Shown: positions 16,681-26,209, numbered from the stretch's first letter. The stretch is 52,702 nucleotides of DNA from an uncultured Myxococcales bacterium (GCA_964618005.1 CAZTZM010000095.1:1-52702); one strand, 5' to 3'. Translations and numbers: made by a program. The notes: generated by a model not told the origin, from the sequence alone.

Positions 16681-17984
16681 TACTTCGCGCCGTTTCCGGA
16701 CCGCGGGCGAGAGGCGGTCTCCGGGCCGGCGGAGCTGCCGTCGCCGTCGCGGAAGCCCTTCCCGGTGACGATCTGGGCCGCCATCAGCGTCTGGACCACC
16801 CGGAGCACGTCGCTCGATCCGGTGGTGACGGCGCCCCGTTCGCCGGCGTCGCCGCCGCCGCCAAAGTTGACGAACTGACTGTTGGAGAGCGCGCCCGCGA
16901 CCTGGGCGGTCAGCTCGGGCGCCATCTCCAGACGTCGGAGATCGAGATAGGGCCCGCCGGCCTCCATGAGCGCCTGGGCCTTGATGCGAATAGCCTCGGC
17001 CTCCGCCTGGGCGATGGCCCGGATCCGGGCGGCCTGGGCCCGCCCCTCCGCCTCTTGATTGATGACGTTCTGCTCGGCGTCGGCGCGGGCCTGGGTGATC
17101 TGGGTGGCGTTCAGTTCCGCCTCGCGCTGCTGGCGCACGGCCGCCTGCTTCTCGGCCTCGGCCTTGGCGATCGACGCGCCGTTCGACGCGATCTGCATGT
17201 TGAGCGCCCGCTCCTGATCGTTGATCTTCTGGGCGGCTTCCAGCTGCGCGATCCGCGCCCGCTGCTCTTCCTTGGCCTGGACCACGTCGGCGTCGGCCTT
17301 GGCGCGGGCGCCCGACTCGCGGCGGCGGGCCTCGGCCACCTCACTCAGGACGGCCTTGATGTTGAGGCTGTTGAAGGAAAGGCCGATGTCCATCAGCTCG
17401 CGCGAGCAGGCGTCCTTGATGATCACCGCCAGCTCGTCGTCGTCGGCGCGCTGCTGCGCCAGCGTGAGGGCGTTGGGCGCGGCCGGCACCAGCGCGGCGG
17501 TCGGCGCCGCGCCGGCCGTCCGAACGCTGAAGAGCTGATCGTGCTTCAAGAGGTTGATGGCGCGCCGGCCGGCCGAGGAGAGCACGTCGGTCAGGGTGGA
17601 GAGCTGCTCGGCGACCGACTTGGAAAAGAACTTGTTGGCGGCGGTGTTGACCATCGCCTCGTCCTCGCCGACGCTGACGATCGCCGAGGCCCGGACCGTG
17701 ACCTTCACCGGCGCCGAACGGCCGTTGCTGTCGACGTCGGCCGTCTGGTCGGTGATCTCGATGTCGACGTTGATGGCCTGCGCCGGGATGACGCGGGTCT
17801 GCGTGATGATCGGGACGATCAGCGCCTTGCACGGGCCGCGGTAGATCTGCAGGTTCCGGCCGCGGCTGGCGAGCAGGATCTCGCCCGCGTCGACGCTGCG
17901 CAGGAACGTGGTGATGATGACCGAGGTGAGGACGATGACGCCGACGACGACCCCACCGACCAGAATCAATGACGGTTCGAACAT
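16680..17984 (-). CDS. Flotillin / SPFH (band-7) domain membrane protein (434 aa)
   Basis: N-terminal TM helix, an SPFH core, then a long Ala/Glu/Gln/Arg-rich coiled region (AEAEKQAAVRQQREAELNATQITQARADAEQ...) typical of flotillins. Confidence 0.85.
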   Translation of the reverse strand: MFEPSLILVGGVVVGVIVLTSVIITTFLRSVDAGEILLASRGRNLQIYRGPCKALIVPIITQTRVIPAQAINVDIEITDQTADVDSNGRSAPVKVTVRASAIVSVGEDEAMVNTAANKFFSKSVAEQLSTLTDVLSSAGRRAINLLKHDQLFSVRTAGAAPTAALVPAAPNALTLAQQRADDDELAVIIKDACSRELMDIGLSFNSLNIKAVLSEVAEARRRESGARAKADADVVQAKEEQRARIAQLEAAQKINDQERALNMQIASNGASIAKAEAEKQAAVRQQREAELNATQITQARADAEQNVINQEAEGRAQAARIRAIAQAEAEAIRIKAQALMEAGGPYLDLRRLEMAPELTAQVAGALSNSQFVNFGGGGDAGERGAVTTGSSDVLRVVQTLMAAQIVTGKGFRDGDGSSAGPETASRPRSGNGAK

Positions 17985-17993
17985 GATGGCTCC

Positions 17994-18647
17994 TTAATGC
18001 GCCGAGCTGTCGGCTGGGTTGTCATTCGAGATCACGGAGACGGTCACGCACTCGCGGCGCGCGTCGACGTCCTCGATGCGAAGTCGTTGCCCGAACTTCA
18101 CGGGCAGGGTCGCCTGCCCCTCCGATAGGCGAGCCTGAAGCTGAACGCGTCGTCCGTCACGCACGGTGGTGACGATGCCCTTTCCGTTGCGAAACGGAAC
18201 GACGGCCTCGGCCTCGCTCATGATGAGCGCCTCGAGCGGCGGGCTGGCCTGCCCTTGAAAGCGAAACAGGAGGTTCCAGATCGGTCGAATCAGGAGCCAC
18301 TCCGTCACGAGTGCCGGGAGGATCGCGATCCAGGCGGCGCGGGTGGTCGTCAGATGCGCGGCCCGGACCAGCGCATTTCCGAACGCGCCGTAGAGAGCGA
18401 ACGTGCTGAACAGGGCGCGCGGCGACGGGATGAACCTGAGACCGTGGCGTACCGCGTGGGCCTGCCCGCCCTGGCGCGCCAGACTCGTCCCCTGGCCGTG
18501 GCCGTGCGTCGGGAGGTGGGAAAGGAGGCGGTGTCCGCCCAAGGCTGGGAGGGCCATCATGACCAGGCCGACCAGACCTGCGACCATCAGGGTCAAGAAC
18601 ACGCTCCACGCTCCTTTGTCGCGAACGGGCGTCGTTCGCGCGATCAC
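17994..18647 (-). CDS. NfeD-like membrane protein (flotillin partner) with a C-terminal OB-fold
   Basis: Several TM segments, then SEAEAVVPFRNGKGIVTTVRDGRRVQLQARL...GQRLRIEDVD (NfeD C-domain pattern). The gene sits directly upstream of the flotillin gene. Confidence 0.7.
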   Translation of the reverse strand: MIARTTPVRDKGAWSVFLTLMVAGLVGLVMMALPALGGHRLLSHLPTHGHGQGTSLARQGGQAHAVRHGLRFIPSPRALFSTFALYGAFGNALVRAAHLTTTRAAWIAILPALVTEWLLIRPIWNLLFRFQGQASPPLEALIMSEAEAVVPFRNGKGIVTTVRDGRRVQLQARLSEGQATLPVKFGQRLRIEDVDARRECVTVSVISNDNPADSSAH

Positions 18648-18744
18648 CCCTCGCTCGATTCCGTACTATGGCCCGCGCCCAGTATTTGTCGAGCGGCAGG
18701 CCCTGCTGGCCAGCTGGTCGCGAATCCGAGCCCCTTTTCCGGCC

Positions 18745-19266
18745 TTACGGCTCGAGGATTGGGCGAAGGTCGAGGACCATCCGGCATGGATGCTCGTCAC
18801 CCAGACGGACGAGGCCGCGCCTTTCGTAGAACCAAGCGGCGGTGGCGTCGATGGCGTCCGCGACCAGGAGACGGAACGCGACGGGTCCCGCCTTGGCGAG
18901 GTGCAGCGTGAGGCCAAGCGCCTCCTCGAACAGGTACCGCCCGAGGCCCTGGCCCTGTACGCGGGTGTCGACGGCCAGCCGAGCAAGCAAACCGCCGGGA
19001 ATCGGAAACCGGGGCAAGCGCGTGAGATTCGGGTGCCTTTCGGCCGCCGCCCGATCGACGCTGACGGCGGCGAGGCTGAAGTAGCCGGCGAGGCGGGTCC
19101 CGCTCGGCGTATCGTCGATCGCGACGAACGTCCGGGCCAAGAGATCCCTCGTGGCGTGCCGGAGAGCGTACCTTTTCAGGTACTCCACCAGCGACGGGTG
19201 CTGGTTCTGAAATCCGGCCAAGAGCGGCCGATGGCCGGGCCCCAGCGGCTCGATGCGCAGGGGCAT
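18745..19266 (-). CDS. GNAT acetyltransferase, TacT/KacT-like type II toxin
   Basis: 173 aa. GLLARLAVDTRVQGQGLGRYLFEEAL is the acetyl-CoA motif A (Q/RxxGxG/A). The gene lies 3 nt downstream of a DUF1778-like antitoxin gene. Confidence 0.75.
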   Translation of the reverse strand: MPLRIEPLGPGHRPLLAGFQNQHPSLVEYLKRYALRHATRDLLARTFVAIDDTPSGTRLAGYFSLAAVSVDRAAAERHPNLTRLPRFPIPGGLLARLAVDTRVQGQGLGRYLFEEALGLTLHLAKAGPVAFRLLVADAIDATAAWFYERRGLVRLGDEHPCRMVLDLRPILEP

Positions 19267-19269
19267 TGG

Positions 19270-19674
19270 CTACGCGGCCACCACCTTCTTCCAGCGCAGC
19301 TTGGGAGGACGACGTCCTGGGTTCGCGAGGCTGGCGAGCGCGGCCCGAAGATCGGCCGGCGGGTTGAACGGGCGACCAAGCACGGCAGTCAGGCGCTCGA
19401 CCTCGCTGTCATTTAGGGCCAGCGACTGTCCGACGGGGCGCGCCTTGTGCGCGCGCACGCGCTCGAGCGCGGGATGGACGAGCGGCTCGACGTTGTTGCC
19501 GTCTCGAGCTTGGATCTCCCGCCCTTGCTCGGCTTGCCGGACGATCCAGGCGGCAAGACCGGCGACCTCACGGAGGAGCTCGGCCTTTTGGCTGCGGGCG
19601 AGACCGAGCCGCTTGCGCAGCATCTCGAGCTCTGCGTCGAGCACGTTGTTCGTGAGAGCTTGAAACCGCGCCAT
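19270..19674 (-). CDS. DUF1778-like antitoxin, unusually long (134 aa from MARFQALTNN...)
   Basis: The C-terminal LALNDSEVERLTAVLGRPFNPPADLRAALASL resembles the toxin-neutralising C-terminus of TacA/DUF1778. The ATG at 19674 is preferred over the track start, which overlaps the DUF790 gene. Confidence 0.55.
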   Translation of the reverse strand: MARFQALTNNVLDAELEMLRKRLGLARSQKAELLREVAGLAAWIVRQAEQGREIQARDGNNVEPLVHPALERVRAHKARPVGQSLALNDSEVERLTAVLGRPFNPPADLRAALASLANPGRRPPKLRWKKVVAA

Positions 19675-19676
19675 GA

Positions 19677-19694
19677 TGAGTAAAATGTTACTCA
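19677..19694. promoter_or_regulatory. AT-rich inverted repeat TGAGTAA-AATG-TTACTCA directly upstream of the antitoxin ATG; candidate TA operator
   Basis: Read directly. 7-bp arms with a 4-nt spacer. It overlaps the DUF790 stop codon. Confidence 0.4.
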
Positions 19695-20926
19695 CCTGGG
19701 CTGGGCGCGGCAAGGGCGACGCTGGCCGCGCGTCGCTCCGTTACCCGTTCCACTTCCCGCATCACCGCGGTCGCGTCGACGCGGCGTCGGAAGGTGACCA
19801 CGGGTAGTCCAGGAGGCAGGTCGGAGGGTGCGCAACCACGTTCCTCGTCGATGCAGAGCACGAAGGCCGGAAGCGCGGCCTGGCGGAGTTTGGAGAGCTT
19901 CTCCGCCAGATACGCCGGGGTCCAGAAGCCGACGATCTCGACCAGCGCCTGCCGCTCGGGGTGAATGCGGTGCCGCACGAGGAAGTCGGGGAAGATGAGC
20001 GACGCTCCCGCGGCCAGCGGTGTGGGCTCGCGGATGACGTCCCAGTCCGGGGCGAGGCGGGCGATGTCTGCCGCGAAGCGCTCTTCGAGCCGACTGTCGA
20101 ACGGGGCCGGTTGGCTTGCCGGGAATATCGGGTCGCCGCTCTCGATCGACACGCGCGCGAGCCGGCCGCGCAGCCGGGCGACGGCGACGAGCTCGAAGCG
20201 GGCGCACCACGCGAGGTGGGGCAACAGCTCGGCGAGCGCGCGCCCATAGACCAGGGTGTGACGAAACAGGGAAAATGGCCCAGAGATGTCCAGCGTTGGC
20301 AGCTCGCCGGCCTCGGGTGCGGAGACATTGCAGAGAAGGCCGCGGAGCTTGGCGAGGCGCACGATCGGCCGCAGCCCGCCCTCGACGCGCACCGAGACGT
20401 GCGAGGCGCGCATCGCCACCGCTTGCGCGAGGGCGAGGTTCGTGCGAAGGGCGACCTCGCCCGGCGTCGGGATCGGATCGGGCGCGCGCACCTCGCGCTC
20501 GGCCGGAAGATCGGAGAACAGTGCGGCCTCGAGCGCGCCCGGTGTGACGCCCAGCCGCCCGGCCACTTCTGAAGCAACGGTGGGTCGCGGCGCCTCGCTG
20601 GCCGCTGCCGCGCCGAACAGCGCGGCGCGAACCGCCCTCGGTTGCAGCCGGTTCTCCTGGCCGGCCGGCCGGGAGGTCCCGGCGGTTGCGCTCGGGTGGT
20701 TCCAGATCCGAAACAGGACGCGCGTCGCCGCGCGCCGCTTGAAGTAAGGCGCCGCGCAGGGAAGCGGCTCGGCCAGCCGTTCCGCGAGCTGGCGCCGCCG
20801 CCTGCCTTCGAAGCGAAGCATCTCGGCGATGAGGACGCGCAGCCAGGGCTCGTCCTGCGCGCCCAGGTACTCGAGATAGGCTCGATCGTCGAGCAGCCTA
20901 AGAGGCAGATCGGATTGCGACAGCAA
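19688..20926 (-). CDS. DUF790-family endonuclease (Bax1-like partner nuclease of XPB)
   Basis: 412 aa. The C-terminal PDFLVRHRIHPERQALVEIVGFWTPAYLAEKL pattern (nuclease core) is typical of DUF790. The gene overlaps the 3' end of the XPB-like helicase gene by 29 nt. Confidence 0.75.
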   Translation of the reverse strand: MLSQSDLPLRLLDDRAYLEYLGAQDEPWLRVLIAEMLRFEGRRRRQLAERLAEPLPCAAPYFKRRAATRVLFRIWNHPSATAGTSRPAGQENRLQPRAVRAALFGAAAASEAPRPTVASEVAGRLGVTPGALEAALFSDLPAEREVRAPDPIPTPGEVALRTNLALAQAVAMRASHVSVRVEGGLRPIVRLAKLRGLLCNVSAPEAGELPTLDISGPFSLFRHTLVYGRALAELLPHLAWCARFELVAVARLRGRLARVSIESGDPIFPASQPAPFDSRLEERFAADIARLAPDWDVIREPTPLAAGASLIFPDFLVRHRIHPERQALVEIVGFWTPAYLAEKLSKLRQAALPAFVLCIDEERGCAPSDLPPGLPVVTFRRRVDATAVMREVERVTERRAASVALAAPSPGE

Positions 20927-22322
20927 GACGGCGTGCCCTCCTTTCCGCGTCCCGGGCCTCGTTCGAGTGCCCGATGACCAGCTCGTAGACGACCGCCTGT
21001 TTCCCCGCCCCAGGACGGAGGAGTCGCCCTACCCGCTGTACGTGCTCCCGCTCGCCCAGCCTCCCCGCGACGACGATCCCGACCTCGGCATCGGGGACGT
21101 CGAGGCCTTCGTTGAGCACCTGGGCGGACACCAGAGCTCGAAGCGCGCCGGTGCGGAAGCTGGCCAGCGCGTCCTGGCGCTCCCGCCGGCCGATCTCGCA
21201 GGTGAGCGGCATGATGAGGTGCTCGCGGGCGACGGCGTAGGCCGTCTGGTTGTCGGCCACGAACACCAGCGTCTTCCTATTGCGATGACGGGCGAGCAGC
21301 CACGCCAGCGCTTCGCGCTTGCGGCGCGGGAACGCGAGGAGGCGACGTGCCCGGCGCCACGCCGCCACGCCCCGCCTCCCTTCGTCGGTCTGGGAGGCGC
21401 GGCGGAGAAAGTCCTCCCAGGACGCGTTGCTGTGGTTCCCGAGGAACGCGTTCCACTCCTGCCGGTAGACGGCGCGGAGCGCGTCGTACTCGCGGCGCTC
21501 GTCCGGATCGAGAGCCAGATGCCAGGTGATCCGTTCGAGCGGCGCCAGATACGGGCCGGTGAGCTCAGCGATCGAGCGCTCGAACACCACCGGTCCGAGC
21601 AGCGCCTGAAGGCGGGTGGTGGTCGGACCCGGCCCAGGCGGCGTGGCGGTGAGCCCGAGTCGCAAGGGCGCGATCGACATCTCGAGGATCTCGTCCTGGC
21701 GGCCCGAACCGAAATGATGGGCTTCGTCCACGACGAGCAGACCGAATCGGTCGCCGATTCTCGCCATGTGGCGGTAAGCGCCCGCGAACGTGGCCACGGT
21801 CAACGACGCGAGAACGCGCTCACCGTCGCCGAAGCGACCGATGGGCCCGTCCCAGATCGCCGCCAGCGCGGTCAGCCACTGCGCCAGCAGCGCACGTGTG
21901 GGCACGAGACAGAGGCACGGTGTCCGGGTGGCCATGATGGCGCCCAGCGCGACCTGCGTCTTGCCGCTCCCCGTCGGGAGCGCGATCACGCCGCGCCGCC
22001 CTGCCAGGCGCCAGGCTCCGAGGGCGGCCTCCTGATACGGACGCAGCTCCACCGGTCGGAAACCGGACGGGGGGTCGAGCGTCGGACGGGGAGCCTCGGC
22101 AATCGCAGCGCCTCGCCGGCGGACGTCGGACGCGATCCTGTAGGCGTTGCAAGCCGGCGCGCGATACTTGCCCACGCGGGGATCCCATCGAACTTCGGGC
22201 AGTTCCGCGAGATCGAGCCCGGCAGGCGGATCTTCGATCAGCAGGGTGCCGCGATCAAACGTGAGACGCACGTCCGCACGCAGCTGCCAGCCGCGTGCCA
22301 AATCACATCTCGGTCCCCTCAA
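20898..22322 (-). CDS. XPB/ERCC3-like SF2 DNA helicase (bacterial short form)
   Basis: [22 protein letters not shown] (motif I), VVDEAHHF (motif II), LGLTATP (motif III), VGRLLRPG (motif VI). The start is uncertain: TTG at 22322 or GTG at 22271 ([11 protein letters not shown]...). Confidence 0.85.
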   Translation of the reverse strand: MRGPRCDLARGWQLRADVRLTFDRGTLLIEDPPAGLDLAELPEVRWDPRVGKYRAPACNAYRIASDVRRRGAAIAEAPRPTLDPPSGFRPVELRPYQEAALGAWRLAGRRGVIALPTGSGKTQVALGAIMATRTPCLCLVPTRALLAQWLTALAAIWDGPIGRFGDGERVLASLTVATFAGAYRHMARIGDRFGLLVVDEAHHFGSGRQDEILEMSIAPLRLGLTATPPGPGPTTTRLQALLGPVVFERSIAELTGPYLAPLERITWHLALDPDERREYDALRAVYRQEWNAFLGNHSNASWEDFLRRASQTDEGRRGVAAWRRARRLLAFPRRKREALAWLLARHRNRKTLVFVADNQTAYAVAREHLIMPLTCEIGRRERQDALASFRTGALRALVSAQVLNEGLDVPDAEVGIVVAGRLGEREHVQRVGRLLRPGAGKQAVVYELVIGHSNEARDAERRARRLAVAIRSAS

Positions 22323-22353
22323 ATCGCCGTCGGCGCGGCGGCGCTTGCTGCCT

Positions 22354-24129
22354 TCAGTTGTCGAGGAACGGCTTGAGGCTTTTGTTCCGCGAGGGGTGCG
22401 ACAGCTTGTGGAGAGCCTTGGCTTCGATCTGCCGGATGCGTTCGCGCGTCACCTCGAAGTCGCGGCCCACCTCCTCCAGCGTGTGGTCGGACCTTTCGCC
22501 GATGCCGAAGCGCATTCGCAGCACCTTCTCCTCGCGGGACGTGAGCGTGGCCAGGACCTTGCGCGTCTCTTCCGCCAGGTTCGTGGTGATCATGGCGTCG
22601 GCCGGCGAGATGGCGCTCTGGTCTTCGATGAAGTCGCCGAGGTGCGCGTCCTCTTCCTCGCCGATCGGCGTATCCAGCGAGAGCGGCTCCTTGGCGAGCT
22701 TGAAGATCTTGCGGACCCGCTCGACGGGAATCTCCATCTTCGCGGCGATCTCCTCGGGCGTCGGCTCGCGTCCCAGCTCATGCACCAGAAGGCGGCTGAC
22801 GCGCTTGAGTTGATTCATGCTCTCGATCATGTGAACCGGAATGCGGATCGTGCGGGCCTGGTCGGCGATGGCGCGCGAGATCGCCTGGCGGATCCACCAG
22901 GTGGCATAGGTAGAGAACTTGTAGCCCCGCCGGTAGTCGAACTTGTCGACGGCGCGCATGAGGCCCATGTTCCCCTCCTGGATCAGGTCCAGAAACTGCA
23001 GCCCCCGATTCGTGTATTTCTTCGCGATGGACACCACCAGGCGCAGGTTGGCTTCGATGAGCTGGGCCTTGGCCTTTTCGGCCATGCGTTCGCCTTCGCT
23101 GATGGCCCGGACCGTCTCGCGCAGGACGCTGGCCGACAGGCTGGCCTCTTCCTCGACGCGCTCTATCTTCTTCTCCGCCGCGGCGATGACCAGCGACAGC
23201 TCCTCGATCTCCTGGGGACGGACGCCGAGCTTCTTGACGACCGCCCGCTGACGAGAGGGCGACGCCCGCAGCTCGATCAGCGTGGTGCGAAAGGCGTCCA
23301 GCGAGAGACCGGATTTGCGCTCGCAGTCGATGATCTCTCGGTTGGCCCGCTCGACGCGCGCCAGGAATCCCTTGAGCGTCAGCGCGATCTTGTCGATCTG
23401 CGCCCGCGCCAGGCGCATCTCCTGAAGGGCCCCCAGGATCTCCTGCTTGCGGCCGTCGAGCTGGCTCTGGTACCGCTTCTTGGTCGGCTCCGACGGCTTG
23501 GCGGCGAGCTTCTGGCGGATCTTCTCTTGCTCTCGCCACAGCCCGCGGACGTCGTCGATGATCTTGCCGATCCGCTCCACGTGCTTCTGCTCGTCGAACT
23601 CGGGGTCGTCGTCGTCGATCCCCTTGACGACCTCCTTGACCCGGATCCTGTGAGCGCGGAGGTCGTCCCCCAGACCGAGGATCTGCTCGACGGCCACCGA
23701 GCAGTTCAGAACGACCTCCAGGACGCGCCGCTGCCCCTCCTCCATCCGCTTGGAGAGCGCAACCTCGCCCTCACGCGTGAGCAGGGCCACCAGGCCCATC
23801 TTCCGCAGGTAGACGCGTACCGGATCGCTCGTCGGGGCGTCGGCGAGAGCGTCCTCGTCCTCGTCTTGGCCGTCCGCGTCGTCGCTGCCGGCTTCTTCGC
23901 CTTCTTCACCGTCCTCGGGCACCGCCGGGTCGGCGACCTCGAGCTTCGGCGCCGCCTCGACGATCTCGATCCCCTCGCCCGAGAGCAAGGAGAGCCAGTC
24001 GTCAATCTGAGCGGCCGACGCCTGCGGCAGGTGCTCGCTGACGTCGTCGTGCGTCAGGAAGCCCTTGGCCTTGCCCTTCGCGATGAGCTCGCGCTTCTTC
24101 CGTTTGTCGTCGTCGATGATGCTGTCCGT
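22354..24129 (-). CDS. rpoD: Primary-type sigma-70 factor RpoD; the 5' end is unresolved (no canonical start for region 1.1)
   Basis: Regions 2-4 are unmistakable ([46 protein letters not shown]; [24 protein letters not shown]). Region 1.1 ([32 protein letters not shown]) lies upstream of the track's TTG start (23988) and directly follows an in-frame TGA (24130-24132). Confidence 0.9.
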   Translation of the reverse strand, partial: TDSIIDDDKRKKRELIAKGKAKGFLTHDDVSEHLPQASAAQIDDWLSLLSGEGIEIVEAAPKLEVADPAVPEDGEEGEEAGSDDADGQDEDEDALADAPTSDPVRVYLRKMGLVALLTREGEVALSKRMEEGQRRVLEVVLNCSVAVEQILGLGDDLRAHRIRVKEVVKGIDDDDPEFDEQKHVERIGKIIDDVRGLWREQEKIRQKLAAKPSEPTKKRYQSQLDGRKQEILGALQEMRLARAQIDKIALTLKGFLARVERANREIIDCERKSGLSLDAFRTTLIELRASPSRQRAVVKKLGVRPQEIEELSLVIAAAEKKIERVEEEASLSASVLRETVRAISEGERMAEKAKAQLIEANLRLVVSIAKKYTNRGLQFLDLIQEGNMGLMRAVDKFDYRRGYKFSTYATWWIRQAISRAIADQARTIRIPVHMIESMNQLKRVSRLLVHELGREPTPEEIAAKMEIPVERVRKIFKLAKEPLSLDTPIGEEEDAHLGDFIEDQSAISPADAMITTNLAEETRKVLATLTSREEKVLRMRFGIGERSDHTLEEVGRDFEVTRERIRQIEAKALHKLSHPSRNKSLKPFLDN

Positions 24130-24339
24130 TCAGTGTGTTTTGCGCTGCCGGCGGAAGTCGGCGGCGCAGCTGTCACAGATCTCCAGGCCCGATTCCGCCG
24201 CTTCGTCCATGGTGCGGTAGATGGGTTCGCGGGTGGCGCCGCAATAGGCCCCCAGCGGGGTGCCCCTCTTGACGGCGACAACGGTGCCCGGCGAGACGCC
24301 GCGTCCGACTTTCGGGATCCGGAGATGAGCGAGGGACAT
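24130..24339 (-). CDS. Small hypothetical Cys-containing protein (69 aa from MSLAHL...)
   Basis: High GC3. Contains ...AYCGATREPIYRTMDEAAESGLEICDSCAADFRRQRKTH*. Same reading frame as rpoD, separated only by its TGA. Confidence 0.45.
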   Translation of the reverse strand: MSLAHLRIPKVGRGVSPGTVVAVKRGTPLGAYCGATREPIYRTMDEAAESGLEICDSCAADFRRQRKTH

Positions 24340-24393
24340 GACGCTCAGGCTACGCGCAAGCTGGCGATCGACCACCTTTATCGCCCGATCGGC

Positions 24394-24657
24394 CTAGCTC
24401 GAGACGCCGAGGACGGGATCCGGGGCGCCGTCGAGGTAGTTCGGCGCGTCGACCGGGCGCTCGGCCTGCTGCCGGGTCCGGTAGAACACCTTCTTGGTGG
24501 CGTTGAGTCGAACGAGGTTGTGGGCGAGCTCGTGTTCGTCGTAGATGTGCGCCGGAAGGCAAAACCCGTCGCAAAACCCGCAATAGACGACGTTTCCGGG
24601 ACCCCGGTCGGCCGCTTCCAGGTAGTCGCCGTGCAGGTAATGTCGCAGCGCGCTCAT
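24394..24657 (-). CDS. Small hypothetical Cys/His-rich protein (87 aa)
   Basis: Track ORF with high GC3. VVYCGFCDGFCLPAHIYDEHELAH suggests a metal-binding knuckle. Confidence 0.45.
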   Translation of the reverse strand: MSALRHYLHGDYLEAADRGPGNVVYCGFCDGFCLPAHIYDEHELAHNLVRLNATKKVFYRTRQQAERPVDAPNYLDGAPDPVLGVSS

Positions 24658-24781
24658 GCTCCGGGTCGTCTCAAGGACCTCGGCAGATCGGGGAGAACAC
24701 TGGACGACGCGCCGGTAAGCTGCACGGGCCCATACCTAGCACGGGAAAGGGCAGGCGGGCGGGAGAATGCGTCTGTCCGGC

Positions 24782-26200
24782 CTACGGGACCGCGTCGACG
24801 GACTCCAGCCCGCGGCGGCAGATCTCCTGGGCGACGTCCGTCCAGTAGCCGTGCCCCCAGTAGCGGAAACAGCTGGTCTGCGACAGCAGGAGGTAGAGCA
24901 GCGAGCGTCGATAGGCAGGCGTGTCGGGGGCGGCTTGGCCGGCGACGTCCCAACGCGCGTGGAAGCGGGCGCTCAGCCGCGACACGGGGTCCATCACGTC
25001 GGCGTACCCCGCCACCCAGCTGCGCTCGTTGGTCCAGGACGCGCGGTCCAGGTTGAAGGACGGGTCACGGGCGTGGAGGCGTCCGATGGCCCGGTCCGCG
25101 GCGCCAGGTCCGGGGGCATCGACCTCTTGCCAGATCCGGTGCTGCCCCACCGGCTGGACGGCAGGGAAGTCGTGCTCGCCGACGCCCAGGGCGGCCACGG
25201 CCGCGAGGTACTCGCTGCCGTTCATCGCGGCCACGCCGCCGGCTTGTCCGGCCTGACCGAGCTCTACGAAGGCCTGCTCGTAGGCGCTCGGGAACTCGTT
25301 CATCATCACGCCCCCGTTCTCCCCGTCGCCGATCTGGAGCGAGTACGGGGGAACTTGGCGGCCGGCGAGCGGCTGGCGGTCGAGCGAGCGGGCCTCGCCG
25401 AAGGGCTGCATCTGACCGACCAGCTTGGTGTCCGAACCCTGCGTCTTGACCAGCACCGTGATCGACGCGGACTCCCCCTCGGAGCTCCGCGCCACCAGGC
25501 GGTGCGGCAGGCGAGGCTGGCGGAGAGGCGTGCCGTCGGCGGAGCTTTCAATCGTATGCTCCTGGACCATCAGCCACTGGTATCCGCAGCGGCGCAACGC
25601 GCGCACATAGGAGAAACAGGCGTCGGGGTGGATGGGCAGCCCCATCTCGGGCGCCGAGAAGCCACGCACCCGGGCGAGCGCGGCGTGCCCGAACAGCGCG
25701 CCGAAGTGATGCCGCCAGGCCAGCATGTGCAGCTCGAGATCGGGCACGGGCGTGGACGGCGCGACCGCATGCGACCAGAGCGTCCCCAGCCATTCGATCG
25801 CCGGCGCCAGCGGGGCCTCGGTCGTGCGGCGGAGAGCCGCCAGCACGTCGGTCTGACCCATATTGGCCAGACCCCAGAGAAGGTTGCCCGAGTAGTCGAG
25901 CATGACGCGCGGGTGAAGGCCGCGCGCCAGCAGCCCGCCGACGAGATCAGCGGTGCGCCCGTAACAGCGCAGGAACGCGGGCGCGTTGTGGTTGTCCCCC
26001 TCCCCCGGGTGCTCGAACATTCGCTCGAGGTTCGAGATCAACGCCGCGCGCGTCGGGTCGCCGTCCGCCAAGACCGTGGGCTGGTGCATGTGAAGCGCGA
26101 CGCCGAACGCCGCACGCAGGCCCGCCGGCGCCACCCCGGCGGCAAGGGGCGAAGTCGCGGTGATCTCTGTGGCGGGGCCGGTGATGGGCGGAAGTTCCAC
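24782..26200 (-). CDS. Glycoside hydrolase family 57-like protein
   Basis: FGVALHMHQP near the N-terminus is the GH57 HxHQP signature. 472 aa with clean composition. Confidence 0.65.
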   Translation of the reverse strand: MELPPITGPATEITATSPLAAGVAPAGLRAAFGVALHMHQPTVLADGDPTRAALISNLERMFEHPGEGDNHNAPAFLRCYGRTADLVGGLLARGLHPRVMLDYSGNLLWGLANMGQTDVLAALRRTTEAPLAPAIEWLGTLWSHAVAPSTPVPDLELHMLAWRHHFGALFGHAALARVRGFSAPEMGLPIHPDACFSYVRALRRCGYQWLMVQEHTIESSADGTPLRQPRLPHRLVARSSEGESASITVLVKTQGSDTKLVGQMQPFGEARSLDRQPLAGRQVPPYSLQIGDGENGGVMMNEFPSAYEQAFVELGQAGQAGGVAAMNGSEYLAAVAALGVGEHDFPAVQPVGQHRIWQEVDAPGPGAADRAIGRLHARDPSFNLDRASWTNERSWVAGYADVMDPVSRLSARFHARWDVAGQAAPDTPAYRRSLLYLLLSQTSCFRYWGHGYWTDVAQEICRRGLESVDAVP

Positions 26201-26209
26201 ATCTCCAGC

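Noticed and set aside
22147-25056. 969-aa plus-strand ORF, the longest in the track
   Set aside because: It is antisense to rpoD, the two small ORFs and GH57. Its composition is typical of a high-GC antisense shadow, with no motifs. The same reasoning applies to 8496-10094, 12420-13469, 16542-17972, 24767-26590, 30140-31648, 36146-37735, 39043-40608, 42993-44216 and 46617-47879.
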